Source: an uncultured virus (IMG/VR IMGVR_UViG_3300040801_002299)
Taxonomy: Duplodnaviria; Heunggongvirae; Uroviricota; Caudoviricetes
IMG/VR virus record: IMGVR_UViG_3300040801_002299
Direction: 5' to 3' (one strand)
Length of the DNA stretch: 64,000 nt
Shown one piece after another: positions 39,701-49,310 of this stretch (the first letter of the stretch is position 1; every line of letters starts with the position of its first letter). The notes beneath the pieces are model-generated. The model was not told the origin of the DNA. It worked only from the letters and a program-made list of their open reading frames with translations, and searched no databases. A program made the position numbers and the translations under genes.

Positions 39701-39913
39701 AAAATCTCTTGACCGAAAGGTCGTGCGGGTTCGAGTCCCGCTCCCGGTACCAAACAAAATTGTTGATATTTTAAAATCATATATTAGAATGACAACGTAC
39801 CAAATGAAGAGTGGACAAAAGCTCTGGCTGCGAAAAACAGAGCCACAAAACCACAGCACCATTCGCAGTGGTGAAGCGGGGCTATTATTACCCCTCGCAA
39901 AATTCTTTTTCAT

Positions 39914-39989
39914 GCTGCTGTAGCTTAACGGATAAAGCCCCCGCCTTCTAAGCGGTAGATTGTAGGTTCGAATCCTACCAGCAGTGCCA
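39914..39989 (+). tRNA. trnR-UCU: tRNA-Arg(UCU)
   Basis: 76-nt cloverleaf, CT-TCT-AA loop, TTCGAAT, CCA. Confidence 0.95.
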
Positions 39990-40003
39990 TACCATATATA
40001 AGA

Positions 40004-40058
40004 TAGCCACTAGGTTGTAGCCATATATTTTATGACTCCACCCTAGTGGCTATTTTTT
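40004..40058 (+). terminator. intrinsic terminator after the tRNAs
   Basis: ATAGCCACTAGG/CCTAGTGGCTAT stem plus T-run. Confidence 0.75.
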
Positions 40059-40132
40059 ATGGGTTGACACTCCCTTAAGTGTCTGTATGATCAGACTCTC
40101 ATCAGTAACCACAAACAAATGGAGAACTCCCA

Positions 40133-40603
40133 ATGAATCTCACTATCCCGAATGCTCTCACTGAAAGTCTCGACACTCTGATTGACCTGGATAAAAAGCG
40201 GGTTGAAGCTATCAGGGCTAAAGAGTTGGCAGATGCTGCATTTCAAAATGAGTACAAGACTGCAAAGCTCAAGGATCAAGTAGAGAAGATTCTTCTGGAC
40301 TACTTTCAGATTCACTATCCTGAAATCGAAGAAATCCAAACCCATGTGGATATCCGTTCAGAAAACAAAGTGTCCAAGTGGCGTATCTATATCCATGGAG
40401 TAAAGGCATATGGTGTGGTATGGGGTCGGGTTTACCGTTACAACTTGGGGTCGAATGGTGTATTCAATGGATGGGCGATGCATTCATACAAGAATGGCGG
40501 AATGACAACTCCCAACAAAGCCATGACTGTCCCGTTCGATGAGTTCACCAGTCACTTCAAGTTCCTCAAGCGTGAACTGTCTGCGTACATCACTTTTCGT
40601 TGA
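40133..40603 (+). CDS. hypothetical early protein
   Basis: Promoter 40064, GGAG SD. Confidence 0.75.
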   Translation: MNLTIPNALTESLDTLIDLDKKRVEAIRAKELADAAFQNEYKTAKLKDQVEKILLDYFQIHYPEIEEIQTHVDIRSENKVSKWRIYIHGVKAYGVVWGRVYRYNLGSNGVFNGWAMHSYKNGGMTTPNKAMTVPFDEFTSHFKFLKRELSAYITFR

Positions 40604-40633
40604 CACCCCGTAAATACCCATATACTTCCACGC

Positions 40634-41203
40634 ATGGAGAACAACATGTATACTGACGTTTATGACATTCGTGCTGGTCATGAGAATGAGGCTGGTAAGA
40701 CTTACACTGTGGGTCGTCTCAAGGCTATTCTTCGCAACTGCAAGCGATTGCGGGTTGTGATCAATGGTCGGCGTGAGGAGTTCGGGTGTTGGACCTGCCA
40801 CCACACGTTCATGGTCCATGGTCCGAAAACTGTCTGGACCATCGACACTGATCATGACGGAGTGGATGCAGTCATTTCTCTGGAGTTGCACCTCATGGCT
40901 ATCATGGTCTGGAACTCTCTGACCCGAAACTGTGTGCTGGGTGATATGGAGTTCTCTGTTGCCGTCTCCATTGCGTGGGATATGTACGAGAACTTCTACA
41001 ACTCTGCATTGAATGATGAGGCCAAGTTCTTTGCGTTCAAGAGTGCGTTTGGTAGGAGTACTATTCGACTTCTGGAGATCCTGGAAGAAGCTGGATGGGT
41101 CAAGAAAGACAAGGGTATCTTTGGCTCCACTCAAAAGATGGCAGATGCTCTTGGCTATCAGCCCGATTTCAACCCACTCGGTGAGTATGCACAGTACTAT
41201 TGA
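40634..41203 (+). CDS. hypothetical early protein
   Basis: Promoter 40600. Confidence 0.75.
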   Translation: MENNMYTDVYDIRAGHENEAGKTYTVGRLKAILRNCKRLRVVINGRREEFGCWTCHHTFMVHGPKTVWTIDTDHDGVDAVISLELHLMAIMVWNSLTRNCVLGDMEFSVAVSIAWDMYENFYNSALNDEAKFFAFKSAFGRSTIRLLEILEEAGWVKKDKGIFGSTQKMADALGYQPDFNPLGEYAQYY

Positions 41204-41246
41204 CATCCCTTAAATACTCTGTATACTCTGCTTCACTGGAGAACGT

Positions 41247-41495
41247 ATGATCTTCTGGATATTCATTGGTGCCATCTTGCTCTTCCCTGCTTTCATGGGA
41301 AAGATCTTGGGCATCATCTTTTGGCTAGGATTCGTGACCATGGCTGGCTATCTTGCCTACACTGTATATGATCCTGTAGCCACTCAGGGATGGCTGTTTA
41401 CTGACATGGCTTGGTACTGGTATCCCCTTTCACCACTTCTCGCTGGTCTCGGTTCTTGCTTTATGCTGGGATTCTTGATCGGCTTTAGCGACTAA
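41247..41495 (+). CDS. small membrane protein
   Basis: Hydrophobic; promoter 41200. Confidence 0.7.
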   Translation: MIFWIFIGAILLFPAFMGKILGIIFWLGFVTMAGYLAYTVYDPVATQGWLFTDMAWYWYPLSPLLAGLGSCFMLGFLIGFSD

Positions 41496-41507
41496 ATAGG
41501 AGTCAAC

Positions 41508-42596
41508 ATGCTTAAGCAAGTTTCGGATGTCGTTATTGGCGACGAATATTATAATCGTTTCGATACTGAAGGTGTACTCCCTGCATTCGATGAACTCATC
41601 GGTGGAGACATGACTACCAAGGATGGCGAAGTCATCAAGGGTGGTTTGATCGCCGGAGGGATCTACATGATCAATGGTGCTGCAGGGTGTGGTAAGTCCA
41701 CTGCCATGATGACTATCGCTGATGCCCTGGGTCAGTGTGGTCATCGCACAGCTTACGTGACGGCAGAAGAAGACGACGCCAAGCTTGCATTCGATTGTGT
41801 CGAACGCCTGGATCTCCATCATTTCATGATTGGTGAAGAACGAGACTTCGAAACCATTCTTCAGTCCTTTGTCGATAATAAGATCAAGGTTGGGTTCATC
41901 GACTCAATTGCTGAAGTGAAGGTTCCCAGAAAGACTCTTCGTGCTGCAGGAATGCGTCGTGATGAATTCATCGCTGATCGCCTCAAGAAGTTCAAGAAGC
42001 ATGGTATCACCTTGTTCTTGATTAACCATCTCACGAAGAGTGGTGACTACAAAGGGTCGTCTTCGATCCTGCATGATATCGATGTGATGCTTTGGCTTGT
42101 GCATGCTGATCAGGAGATCTATTCTGAAGACAAGCGTGACATGTATGCATCGAAGAATCGGTTTGGTCGTACCAACCATCATGTGGTCGTCAGCTTCGAT
42201 ACGGATGGGTATGACTTCAGTGAGAACCACTGGGTAGAGGGTGCCCAGAACGTTGTTCAGTCGAAGGCCAACAAGCATGATCTCAAGCGTCGTTTACGTA
42301 TTGAGAACCTGAAGAAGTGGTTTGCTGATGGTAACCCTCACTTCACCATCGATGATCACGAGAGCTTCGACATGCGTCGTGCGGCGTTTGCAGCATTCGT
42401 CAAGGAGATGGAAGGCAAAGACATCGTTACTCGTTCTGGTAAGGATGGTCGCAAGATCTTGTACACGTTGTCTGGGGCTGAAGAGACATCTTCGGATGAT
42501 GATGAAGATGATGTTGAGATCTCCGTAAATCGTGATAAGATTACTACAAACAGAGATGGATCAGTCACTGTCAAGATGAGTGATCTGGTAGCATGA
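41508..42596 (+). CDS. RadA/Sms-like RecA-fold ATPase lacking the Zn-finger and Lon-like domains
   Basis: GAAGCGKST, YVTAEE, FIDSI, HLTKSG..GS..ILHDID, KNRFG. Confidence 0.85.
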   Translation: MLKQVSDVVIGDEYYNRFDTEGVLPAFDELIGGDMTTKDGEVIKGGLIAGGIYMINGAAGCGKSTAMMTIADALGQCGHRTAYVTAEEDDAKLAFDCVERLDLHHFMIGEERDFETILQSFVDNKIKVGFIDSIAEVKVPRKTLRAAGMRRDEFIADRLKKFKKHGITLFLINHLTKSGDYKGSSSILHDIDVMLWLVHADQEIYSEDKRDMYASKNRFGRTNHHVVVSFDTDGYDFSENHWVEGAQNVVQSKANKHDLKRRLRIENLKKWFADGNPHFTIDDHESFDMRRAAFAAFVKEMEGKDIVTRSGKDGRKILYTLSGAEETSSDDDEDDVEISVNRDKITTNRDGSVTVKMSDLVA

Positions 42597-42603
42597 GGTA
42601 AAC

Positions 42604-42885
42604 ATGGACGACGAAGCAAAAGAGGAGCTTGTAGCCTTGCTCCAGAGAATGGAAAACAGGGTACACGCTCACTTGAACCAAGTGACTGATCAGGTCAATA
42701 CATTAGCTAGGAAGGTGGAATCTCTTGAGAGACATTCCAGTGTCCTAGCAGCCAATGAACTACACCTATCAATGAACTTAGGTCTCGTTGCATCTGAACT
42801 CAATTCCTTAGAAGCATTGCTATCTAAAGATTACCCGGAGATCAAGGAATCTGAAACCCCTAAAGATGGAGTTGACTCCCCGTAA
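42604..42885 (+). CDS. coiled-coil hypothetical protein
   Basis: GAGGT SD. Confidence 0.65.
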   Translation: MDDEAKEELVALLQRMENRVHAHLNQVTDQVNTLARKVESLERHSSVLAANELHLSMNLGLVASELNSLEALLSKDYPEIKESETPKDGVDSP

Positions 42886-42906
42886 GTGTGGAGTATAATA
42901 TTAATC

Positions 42907-43503
42907 ATGGATACAACTCAAGACTTCAACCCAGAAGCGACTGCTATTTCTCGTATTAGGAATCCCAGTGCCGCTTATACTGTAGCTCACACCATGTTCC
43001 AGATCAATGGATTTCAGGATGTGTTGGACTATGGGTGTGGGCGTGGGGAAGAAGCTGATCACTATGCCTATGACAAATTGGATAAGTATAGGTATGGAGA
43101 TGAAATCATTCGCTCTGGAAGGGATAATATTTCTCACGGGCATATGAAAAAGAACTTCGGCGTTTATGATTACGTCATCTGCTCGTGTGTTCTGAATACT
43201 ATCCCGACTCTGAGTGAGCGTGCCATCGTTATCTCTAATATTTACCAATTGCTGAATAGGGGTGGTAAGGCCATCATCAGTGTGTTCACTGGTGTTCCCA
43301 AGCTTGATAAAATGGATGTTCCTGCTAGCTACAGTCGTTGGGGAGACGGGTGGAGAATCGAATGTCGAGATGGTATTCATTTCCAGACTCCTCTGAAGAA
43401 CTCAAAGATCCGTAATCTGATCTCTCAGGTTATTGGAAGTGGGAACGTTAAGTTTATAAACACTGGGAGACCTGGGTGTATTGTTATTGAGAAGGTGAAG
43501 TAA
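42907..43503 (+). CDS. class I SAM-dependent methyltransferase
   Basis: VLDYGCGRG, YDYVICSCVLN, LLNRGG; ATG 7 nt after TATAAT. Confidence 0.85.
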   Translation: MDTTQDFNPEATAISRIRNPSAAYTVAHTMFQINGFQDVLDYGCGRGEEADHYAYDKLDKYRYGDEIIRSGRDNISHGHMKKNFGVYDYVICSCVLNTIPTLSERAIVISNIYQLLNRGGKAIISVFTGVPKLDKMDVPASYSRWGDGWRIECRDGIHFQTPLKNSKIRNLISQVIGSGNVKFINTGRPGCIVIEKVK

Positions 43504-43781
43504 TGGACTTTAATATAAATAATCCAGGTAATGAAGTTGCTCGTTACATTCGTGCATCAATATGTATCGGGTACTTTGCAGAACATCTCATTGAAGGTGA
43601 TCTAGCACATGTTTTTGAGGAGAACGATGATATCATGGTGGTATTAGTCAACTCCTTTATCACAGCGGTTCATTTTTGCCCAGAAAAATATCAAAAGGAA
43701 AATGAACACATTCTTTCAATGCTTCCTCAATTCGAAAAAGCATTTCCAGGTTTAACCCAAGCAGTGAACGGAGACATCTAA
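43503..43781 (+). CDS. hypothetical protein
   Basis: TAATG coupling on both sides. Confidence 0.65.
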   Translation: MDFNINNPGNEVARYIRASICIGYFAEHLIEGDLAHVFEENDDIMVVLVNSFITAVHFCPEKYQKENEHILSMLPQFEKAFPGLTQAVNGDI

Positions 43782-44251
43782 TGGGAATTCGAATCATGCA
43801 TAAGCCTTACCATGTGGTGGCTTACGACAACGACAAGGAAGTTTGGCGAGCAACTGTTCAGCCACCTCCTCTCGCTGGACTGAACAAGGATAATAAGAGT
43901 CCTAAGAATGACAAGGGTCAGTGGATCCGAGTCTTCAGCGTCTCGGATTCTGGGAATTCTCCCATGGCAGTTGGTGACGACATTGTTACCTATCAGACTG
44001 TTGGTGAGTTCCCTGAAGGTAAGCATGAAGATCTCAGAGTTCGTATCGAATTGATCCCTGGTCTGAGAGCCAAAAAGCAACGCAGGGCCGCAGCCAATAA
44101 AGACACGAGTCTTCCCAGTGGTCTGAAGCTGAAGAGCATTGATGACGCAGCAGCAGAAGCCACAGAAGACGACAAAAACGCAGCCATCGCTGATGCTGTC
44201 GAGCACTCAACCAGTGATGAACATCTGACGGCGGCAGACATCGAATCGTAG
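43781..44251 (+). CDS. hypothetical protein
   Basis: GGAG SD; low-complexity tail. Confidence 0.7.
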   Translation: MGIRIMHKPYHVVAYDNDKEVWRATVQPPPLAGLNKDNKSPKNDKGQWIRVFSVSDSGNSPMAVGDDIVTYQTVGEFPEGKHEDLRVRIELIPGLRAKKQRRAAANKDTSLPSGLKLKSIDDAAAEATEDDKNAAIADAVEHSTSDEHLTAADIES

Positions 44252-44314
44252 GCTCATCCAACTAAAGAACCCCTTTGGGAGTGGGGTGATTACTGATGCA
44301 ATAGGATGAGTCTC

Positions 44315-44348
44315 AGTGGGGTGGTCGTTAGGGCCACCCCACTTTTTT
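44315..44348 (+). terminator. intrinsic terminator
   Basis: AGTGGGGTGGTC/GGCCACCCCACT stem plus T-run. Confidence 0.85.
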
Positions 44349-44387
44349 GATCTTGAAACCCCTTAACTTATGGATATGATCTCACTT

Positions 44388-44930
44388 ATGAGCAACACCA
44401 ACATGACCATTGACGACGCTCTTGAGTACATGCGTCAGGCCACTCGACTATTCATGGATTCTTCCATGAGGCAGGACTATAAAGACAAGCTCGCCAATAT
44501 GACGGTGAGAGTTGTCTTCAACAGTCGCCTGAAGAGTACTGGAGGTCGTGCTCGTCTCGGACGCAATCGTGCCCACGACATTGAACTCAACCCTACTGTG
44601 ATGAAGAACGCCACTCCTGATGAGCGTTTCAATACCACAGCACATGAGCTTGCCCACTGTCTCGACTATGAGATCCGTGGTCGATCCAATCACGACAAGT
44701 TCTGGAAGTCCCTACATCTTGCTATGGGCGGTAGTGCAGAGCGTTGCCATCGCATCAACATGAAGGGTATCAGAGGTCGTGTCTGGTTTGTCAAGTGCCG
44801 GAAGACTGGCAAGACTTGGTGGGTGACTGCCAAGAAAGCAGGCAGTGTCAAGCGTGCGTTGAATGCCAACCAGTATATCATCCTGCACATGACTGATCCA
44901 GAGCTTGCAAAGCACGAAGTTTCTGTATAA
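44388..44930 (+). CDS. SprT-like zinc metalloprotease
   Basis: RLKSTGGRA, IELNP, HELAH, H.KFWK. Confidence 0.85.
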   Translation: MSNTNMTIDDALEYMRQATRLFMDSSMRQDYKDKLANMTVRVVFNSRLKSTGGRARLGRNRAHDIELNPTVMKNATPDERFNTTAHELAHCLDYEIRGRSNHDKFWKSLHLAMGGSAERCHRINMKGIRGRVWFVKCRKTGKTWWVTAKKAGSVKRALNANQYIILHMTDPELAKHEVSV

Positions 44931-44937
44931 TAAACCC

Positions 44938-45162
44938 ATGAGCAAACCAATACCATTTGTGCGTGAAGAGGTTCTCAAACACGATCTGGTTATGCCGGAC
45001 AAGTTCAAGAGCTTTCGTCACATGAAGACGGAGAAGTTGGAACACTACGAAACCTACTACTCTGAGGTTCTTGAAGCTCTGGCAGGCGAGCAAGTGTGGA
45101 GAATACTTGACGCCCTAGAATACATCGCTACTGTCATCAACGAAAGAAAGGAATCACGATGA
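44938..45162 (+). CDS. hypothetical protein
   Basis: ATG after the SprT-like stop. Confidence 0.55.
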   Translation: MSKPIPFVREEVLKHDLVMPDKFKSFRHMKTEKLEHYETYYSEVLEALAGEQVWRILDALEYIATVINERKESR

Positions 45163-45465
45163 CTCGCATCCACAACTGGCAGGACTATGATGACGAAATC
45201 GAGGAGATGGAAGCTGATGAAGCTCGTCGCCGTATCGATGCCAAGCGTCACAAACAATTCCGAAGTGGAATGTCACTGGACAATCGCAAGCGTGGCAAGA
45301 TTCGCCGAGAGCAGAAACAAGTTATGGAGGAGTGATGCTACTCAAACATAAGAAGATCAAGGCCCAGAAAGAATCAAAGTGGAGACAGAAGTGGGAATGG
45401 AGGATGTGTATCTTCTCCATTCTGTTTGTCATAGGTCTAACGATCTGGTCGTATATCGCGGCACC

Positions 45466-45494
45466 CAACCCCAGTCTTTGACTGGGGTTTTTTT
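45466..45494 (+). terminator. terminator closing the + strand arm
   Basis: AACCCCAGTC/GACTGGGGTT stem plus T-run. Confidence 0.8.
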
Positions 45495-45577
45495 GTGCCT
45501 ACATTTATTGTCCCATACTATGAAAGGGATATATGTCAAGGGTGAACCTGGCCCCTTACGGTCACCTTATAGGCAAG

Positions 45578-45612
45578 AAAAAGCCCAGGGGGATTTCTCC
45601 CCCTGGGTCTTT
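45578..45612 (-). terminator. terminator closing the - strand arm
   Basis: CCCAGGGGGA/TCCCCCTGGG stem flanked by an A-run. Confidence 0.8.
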
Positions 45613-45745
45613 CGCACGCACACACCACCTCCACATGGAGTTGGACCTTCAGTTCATATTGAGTCTAGCCCTCAGGCTGGCCCCTTATCCCGATGAGAGT
45701 TGGGGTGGGGTGGACTACTCTGTCCTACCCCCACCCCCGTCCCAA

Positions 45746-46651
45746 TCAGTTCTTGGGCAAGAAGCGACCCTTCGAATCGCGAGCCTGGGTCTTCCAACCA
45801 TCATGACCGCTGCGAGTATCTTCGATCATGTCATCGACCAGATCATCTTCATCACCGCCGTAGAAGTCATCCTCGTCACGCATGTCATCGTCATCATCGA
45901 AGCCATCGTCCATGTCGTAGAGAGGCTTGCTGATAACAGTACGCTCAGAGTTGATGGCAACGACCTCGAAGCGACAAGTACGCATCTTCTGACCGTTGTA
46001 GTCAACCGGGATAGCGACCACATCGCTGGGGTTGACCTTCACTTCCAGAAGAACCTGACCCCAGCCATTGGCGTATTCAAACGCAGCGACATGGAGACCG
46101 CGAGAGCAAGTCTGCTCGGGGTTGGAGTCGCACTCCTCGCGAGGCATCTGAACCACGCTGCCCACATTGTTGCAGAAGCTGCCCGTGTGAACATCGACCA
46201 GATCACCAGCAGCATTGCGAGTGCAGCCGCGATACGCGATGAAGCAACCATCCTTGGTCACTGGAATGCCATTGTGCTCCAGGAACCCATACAGATCAGT
46301 GCGAGCACGGGGATCAGGGTTCTGGCAACAGTTGTTCCAGAAGTTGACCAGCGACTGAGCCTGGTCGAGCAGACCTTCATCAGCGAAGTCAACCAGACGA
46401 CCAGCCAGAACATCGGGCAGTCGATCACTGCCAACGAAGACCTCACCACTGTCGTTCACATTGAACATACCGCTGGTGTGCTTGCGAATGGAGATGAGAG
46501 GATCGACCACTTCCAGAATGGTCTGATCGTCAGCCTGATCACGCAACAGACTGAGAGCAGTCACAGCAGCCGGACTATCCACATCCAGACGCATGACGCG
46601 ACCTGGAAACTGGAGTACGAGTGACTGAGGGGTTTTGATGATAGCAACCAA
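45746..46651 (-). CDS. rIIB: rIIB-like protein
   Basis: FLEHNGIPVTKDGCFIAYR, MPR..CD.NP..TCSRGLH, VKVNP.DVVAIP.DYNGQKMRTCRFEVV; TTG start after AAGGAG. Confidence 0.9.
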   Translation of the reverse strand: MVAIIKTPQSLVLQFPGRVMRLDVDSPAAVTALSLLRDQADDQTILEVVDPLISIRKHTSGMFNVNDSGEVFVGSDRLPDVLAGRLVDFADEGLLDQAQSLVNFWNNCCQNPDPRARTDLYGFLEHNGIPVTKDGCFIAYRGCTRNAAGDLVDVHTGSFCNNVGSVVQMPREECDSNPEQTCSRGLHVAAFEYANGWGQVLLEVKVNPSDVVAIPVDYNGQKMRTCRFEVVAINSERTVISKPLYDMDDGFDDDDDMRDEDDFYGGDEDDLVDDMIEDTRSGHDGWKTQARDSKGRFLPKN

Positions 46652-46746
46652 GATATTCTCCTTATGGTTGGTGGTTGTGTGTTTATTCGATGATGTAAGT
46701 ATAACGAGTGGGGTAGGGATGTCAAGCACCACCTACCCCATTCCCA

Positions 46747-48936
46747 TTACACACCCTTACCATTGATGTAGTCAGCCAGCTCCTGGGCGAGACTTGGGAT
46801 CGCCCGCACGCTATACGATTGCATGACCTGAATCAGTGGGTACGCATCCTTGATGCGATCATGCATCCCTTCGATGGTAGTGGGCGACGGAGTAACGTCT
46901 CCAATGTTCACCCCTGCCATGCTTGCCAGAGCGAGGATCTTGGACTCAGAGACTTCCTTTCTGATCTGTTCGATGCGATCACTCTCCTTGATCCACTGTG
47001 CCATCAGACAGTTCTTGTCCTTGAGAAGTGGCAGAACCTCATCCATCAGGACTGAGTCGATGTACGACATGCAACTCCGAACAGTCTTGTCAGCATGCTT
47101 GTGGACCAGGGCCACATCAGCCAAGTCCAGATCAGCAGCAGCCTCGTCATAGACTTCCTTGACCTTGTCTCGCAGTTCGATCCAATCATCACCTTTCTTG
47201 TCCAGGAAGCGAGTGGGGATGCCAACGACCTCATCGACATCAGCAGCCTTCATCATGTTGCGAAGCTCACTGTCATCAATGCCGACAGCACCGCTACGCT
47301 CAAACTCGACATAGACACCACCTTCAGTCTTCAGGTCAACATCAGCATTCTTCCATGCACGCTGCCAGCGGCCAGTGTTGTTAGGGATGAACTTGTAAGC
47401 CTTGGTGACTTGACGAACAGTACCGTCACTTCGCTTGGTCCGCTTTTTCTTTTTCTTGACCACACTCGACAGCTTGATCGGATCCAAGTAGTTCAGGTGG
47501 TTTTCCTTGTTCCACTTGTCCAGGTCATCTTGCGACTTGGGAGTGACCACTTGGATCGAATCGACATCCTCACCAGCAGCCTCGTACTTGTCGAACAGGG
47601 CTTCGATCTTGAGACGCGAAGGCTGAAGAGTACCATCGTCATTCAGGACCAACCTCGTCTTGGCATGGACCTTGATGGCTGAAGCCTTTTTCGACTTCAT
47701 CTTGGTGGTTCCGTCGTAGTTCTTCTCCATTCGGAAATTGCGAATGCCACTGTCGTAGTAGTCGAATCCCCGAATCTCCTTCGTGTTGACCTCCAGTTCA
47801 GTTCCGTCTGGTGCAGTCCAGGGCACATTGTCGATGATGTTGCCACCATCGAAAGTCCGACAGACCTCAGACCACAGCATCTTGGCCTCCCACAGAGACT
47901 TGGCACCACTGATTTCGGCCTTCAGTTTGGTCTTGATTTCATCGACCGCAGAACCCAGCAGAGTGCGAATAGCCTTCTGAGTAGGTTCATCGTACTGGAT
48001 AGCCTCTCGACTCAGTGCGACAGAGATAGCATTGACAGGGAAGAACAGTTGAACACCAGCACGACAGAGCCTCGACATTTCATCAGTCATGTCCTCAATG
48101 GCACTGGTGTCGAGCTTGTAGGGGATACCGTCGATGATCGCATACGATGCGTTGCCGTAGTAGTAGCCTCGACCATAGCCACCAGACTCCTCAACGATCT
48201 TCCAGTTGGTACCGGCGTACTTTTCAGTGACCTCGGGCCAGTCTGGCAGAGGGTCGCAGCCAGTCAACTCTGGACGAGGATCCCAAAACTTCGCAACACG
48301 AATCGTGTAGGACTTGAAGTCATCGAAGTCATCAGGCTTCACATCCACGATGATGGTAGTGCCTGTGTGCTTGTCATCGTCAGGGATGCTGGGATCGTTC
48401 ATGTCGATCACACGCATGGAACCGTCCAGTTCCATCAGCTTGGACTTGCGATCCTCTGCGATGATGGCGATGTAGGTTCGCTCGACCAGTTCATCACCTT
48501 CCATTGCACGGGTGCAGATGGTGAACGAATCAGTGTACGCCCAGGGCGTCTTGGCACCAATGCCGAAGCCACCAGTCTGCAGGCCACCATCGTCAGTAGC
48601 GTTGGCATCATCACCACCTCGCTTGGTGGAGCAGCCGAACTTGACGAACACATCGACCATACGCCGAGGATCGATGCCAGGACCCCAATCACGACACTGC
48701 CAGGTCTTGTCGAACTTGTTGGGCAGCTTGACTCGGATGGGCCGATCAGCCAGACCAACTTCACGATGAGCGTCACGAGCATTGCTCATCAGCTCCTGAC
48801 AGATGGCCTTCTTGGGATTGGAGTAAATGGTCTTGCGGAGATACTCCAAGAACAGAGCAGGATCTCCAATGCCAAACTCTGCTTCCTTGAAAGTACCCAT
48901 CGTTTCGATGGTAACGCCGCTGGTAGCAATCTTCAT
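46747..48936 (-). CDS. rIIA: rIIA-like protein (GHKL ATPase N-terminus)
   Basis: IYSNP..AICQELMSNARDAH, DWGPGI, STKR, GGFGIGAK; adjacent to rIIB. Confidence 0.9.
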   Translation of the reverse strand: MKIATSGVTIETMGTFKEAEFGIGDPALFLEYLRKTIYSNPKKAICQELMSNARDAHREVGLADRPIRVKLPNKFDKTWQCRDWGPGIDPRRMVDVFVKFGCSTKRGGDDANATDDGGLQTGGFGIGAKTPWAYTDSFTICTRAMEGDELVERTYIAIIAEDRKSKLMELDGSMRVIDMNDPSIPDDDKHTGTTIIVDVKPDDFDDFKSYTIRVAKFWDPRPELTGCDPLPDWPEVTEKYAGTNWKIVEESGGYGRGYYYGNASYAIIDGIPYKLDTSAIEDMTDEMSRLCRAGVQLFFPVNAISVALSREAIQYDEPTQKAIRTLLGSAVDEIKTKLKAEISGAKSLWEAKMLWSEVCRTFDGGNIIDNVPWTAPDGTELEVNTKEIRGFDYYDSGIRNFRMEKNYDGTTKMKSKKASAIKVHAKTRLVLNDDGTLQPSRLKIEALFDKYEAAGEDVDSIQVVTPKSQDDLDKWNKENHLNYLDPIKLSSVVKKKKKRTKRSDGTVRQVTKAYKFIPNNTGRWQRAWKNADVDLKTEGGVYVEFERSGAVGIDDSELRNMMKAADVDEVVGIPTRFLDKKGDDWIELRDKVKEVYDEAAADLDLADVALVHKHADKTVRSCMSYIDSVLMDEVLPLLKDKNCLMAQWIKESDRIEQIRKEVSESKILALASMAGVNIGDVTPSPTTIEGMHDRIKDAYPLIQVMQSYSVRAIPSLAQELADYINGKGV

Positions 48937-49009
48937 GCTAGCTCCTGTGGGGAATGGGTGTGTGCGATTGTTGTGCTAGAGATCATAACGATTGGATAAG
49001 GGTTGTCAA

Positions 49010-49198
49010 CTACTCTTTATCAGTGATGGCGAAGTAAGGATGGTTAGGGTCAAGCCTATCTTCATCTTCATCTGTCAGAAGGATTTCTGCAGGGTAATAC
49101 TCGCCATCTGAGTAGAGGGTTAGATCCATGTCTAACTGTTCTTCGGATAGTGTTTTGAGCTTCCGAAGAAGATCACGATATGTGTCGTTTTGTCTCAT
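49010..49198 (-). CDS. hypothetical protein (possibly leaderless)
   Basis: ATG 7 nt after TATGAT. Confidence 0.65.
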   Translation of the reverse strand: MRQNDTYRDLLRKLKTLSEEQLDMDLTLYSDGEYYPAEILLTDEDEDRLDPNHPYFAITDKE

Positions 49199-49310
49199 GC
49201 TATAGATCATAACGATTGGGAAGGAATGTCAACATAATGTTGTCGCTTGACTCACTGGTATTTCATAGTACAATAAGGGGCCAGAAATGGGAGCCGAAGC
49301 TCCCACTCTG

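Larger units (their letters stand above)
38899..39752 (+). tRNA. trnL-UAA: tRNA-Leu(UAA), intron-split (exon 1 38899-38933, exon 2 39701-39752)
   Basis: Joined exons give GCCGGGA/TCCCGGT acceptor, AGAGA-CT-TAA-AA-TCTCT anticodon arm, long variable arm, TTCGAGT T-loop, encoded CCA. Confidence 0.95.
35113..44380 (+). promoter_or_regulatory. series of + strand promoters (TTGAC-N15/16-TAT(A/G)(A/C)T)
   Basis: -35 boxes start at 35113, 35394, 37164, 37852, 38510, 40064, 40600, 41200, 42872, 44353. Confidence 0.85.

Noticed and set aside
39539..39923. ORFs overlapping the intron core and tRNA exon 2
   Set aside because: Explained by the structural RNA sequence
44315..44348. Pistol ribozyme (GTGGTCGTTAGGGCCAC)
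   Set aside because: The downstream conserved A-rich junction and pseudoknot are missing; it is a plain terminator
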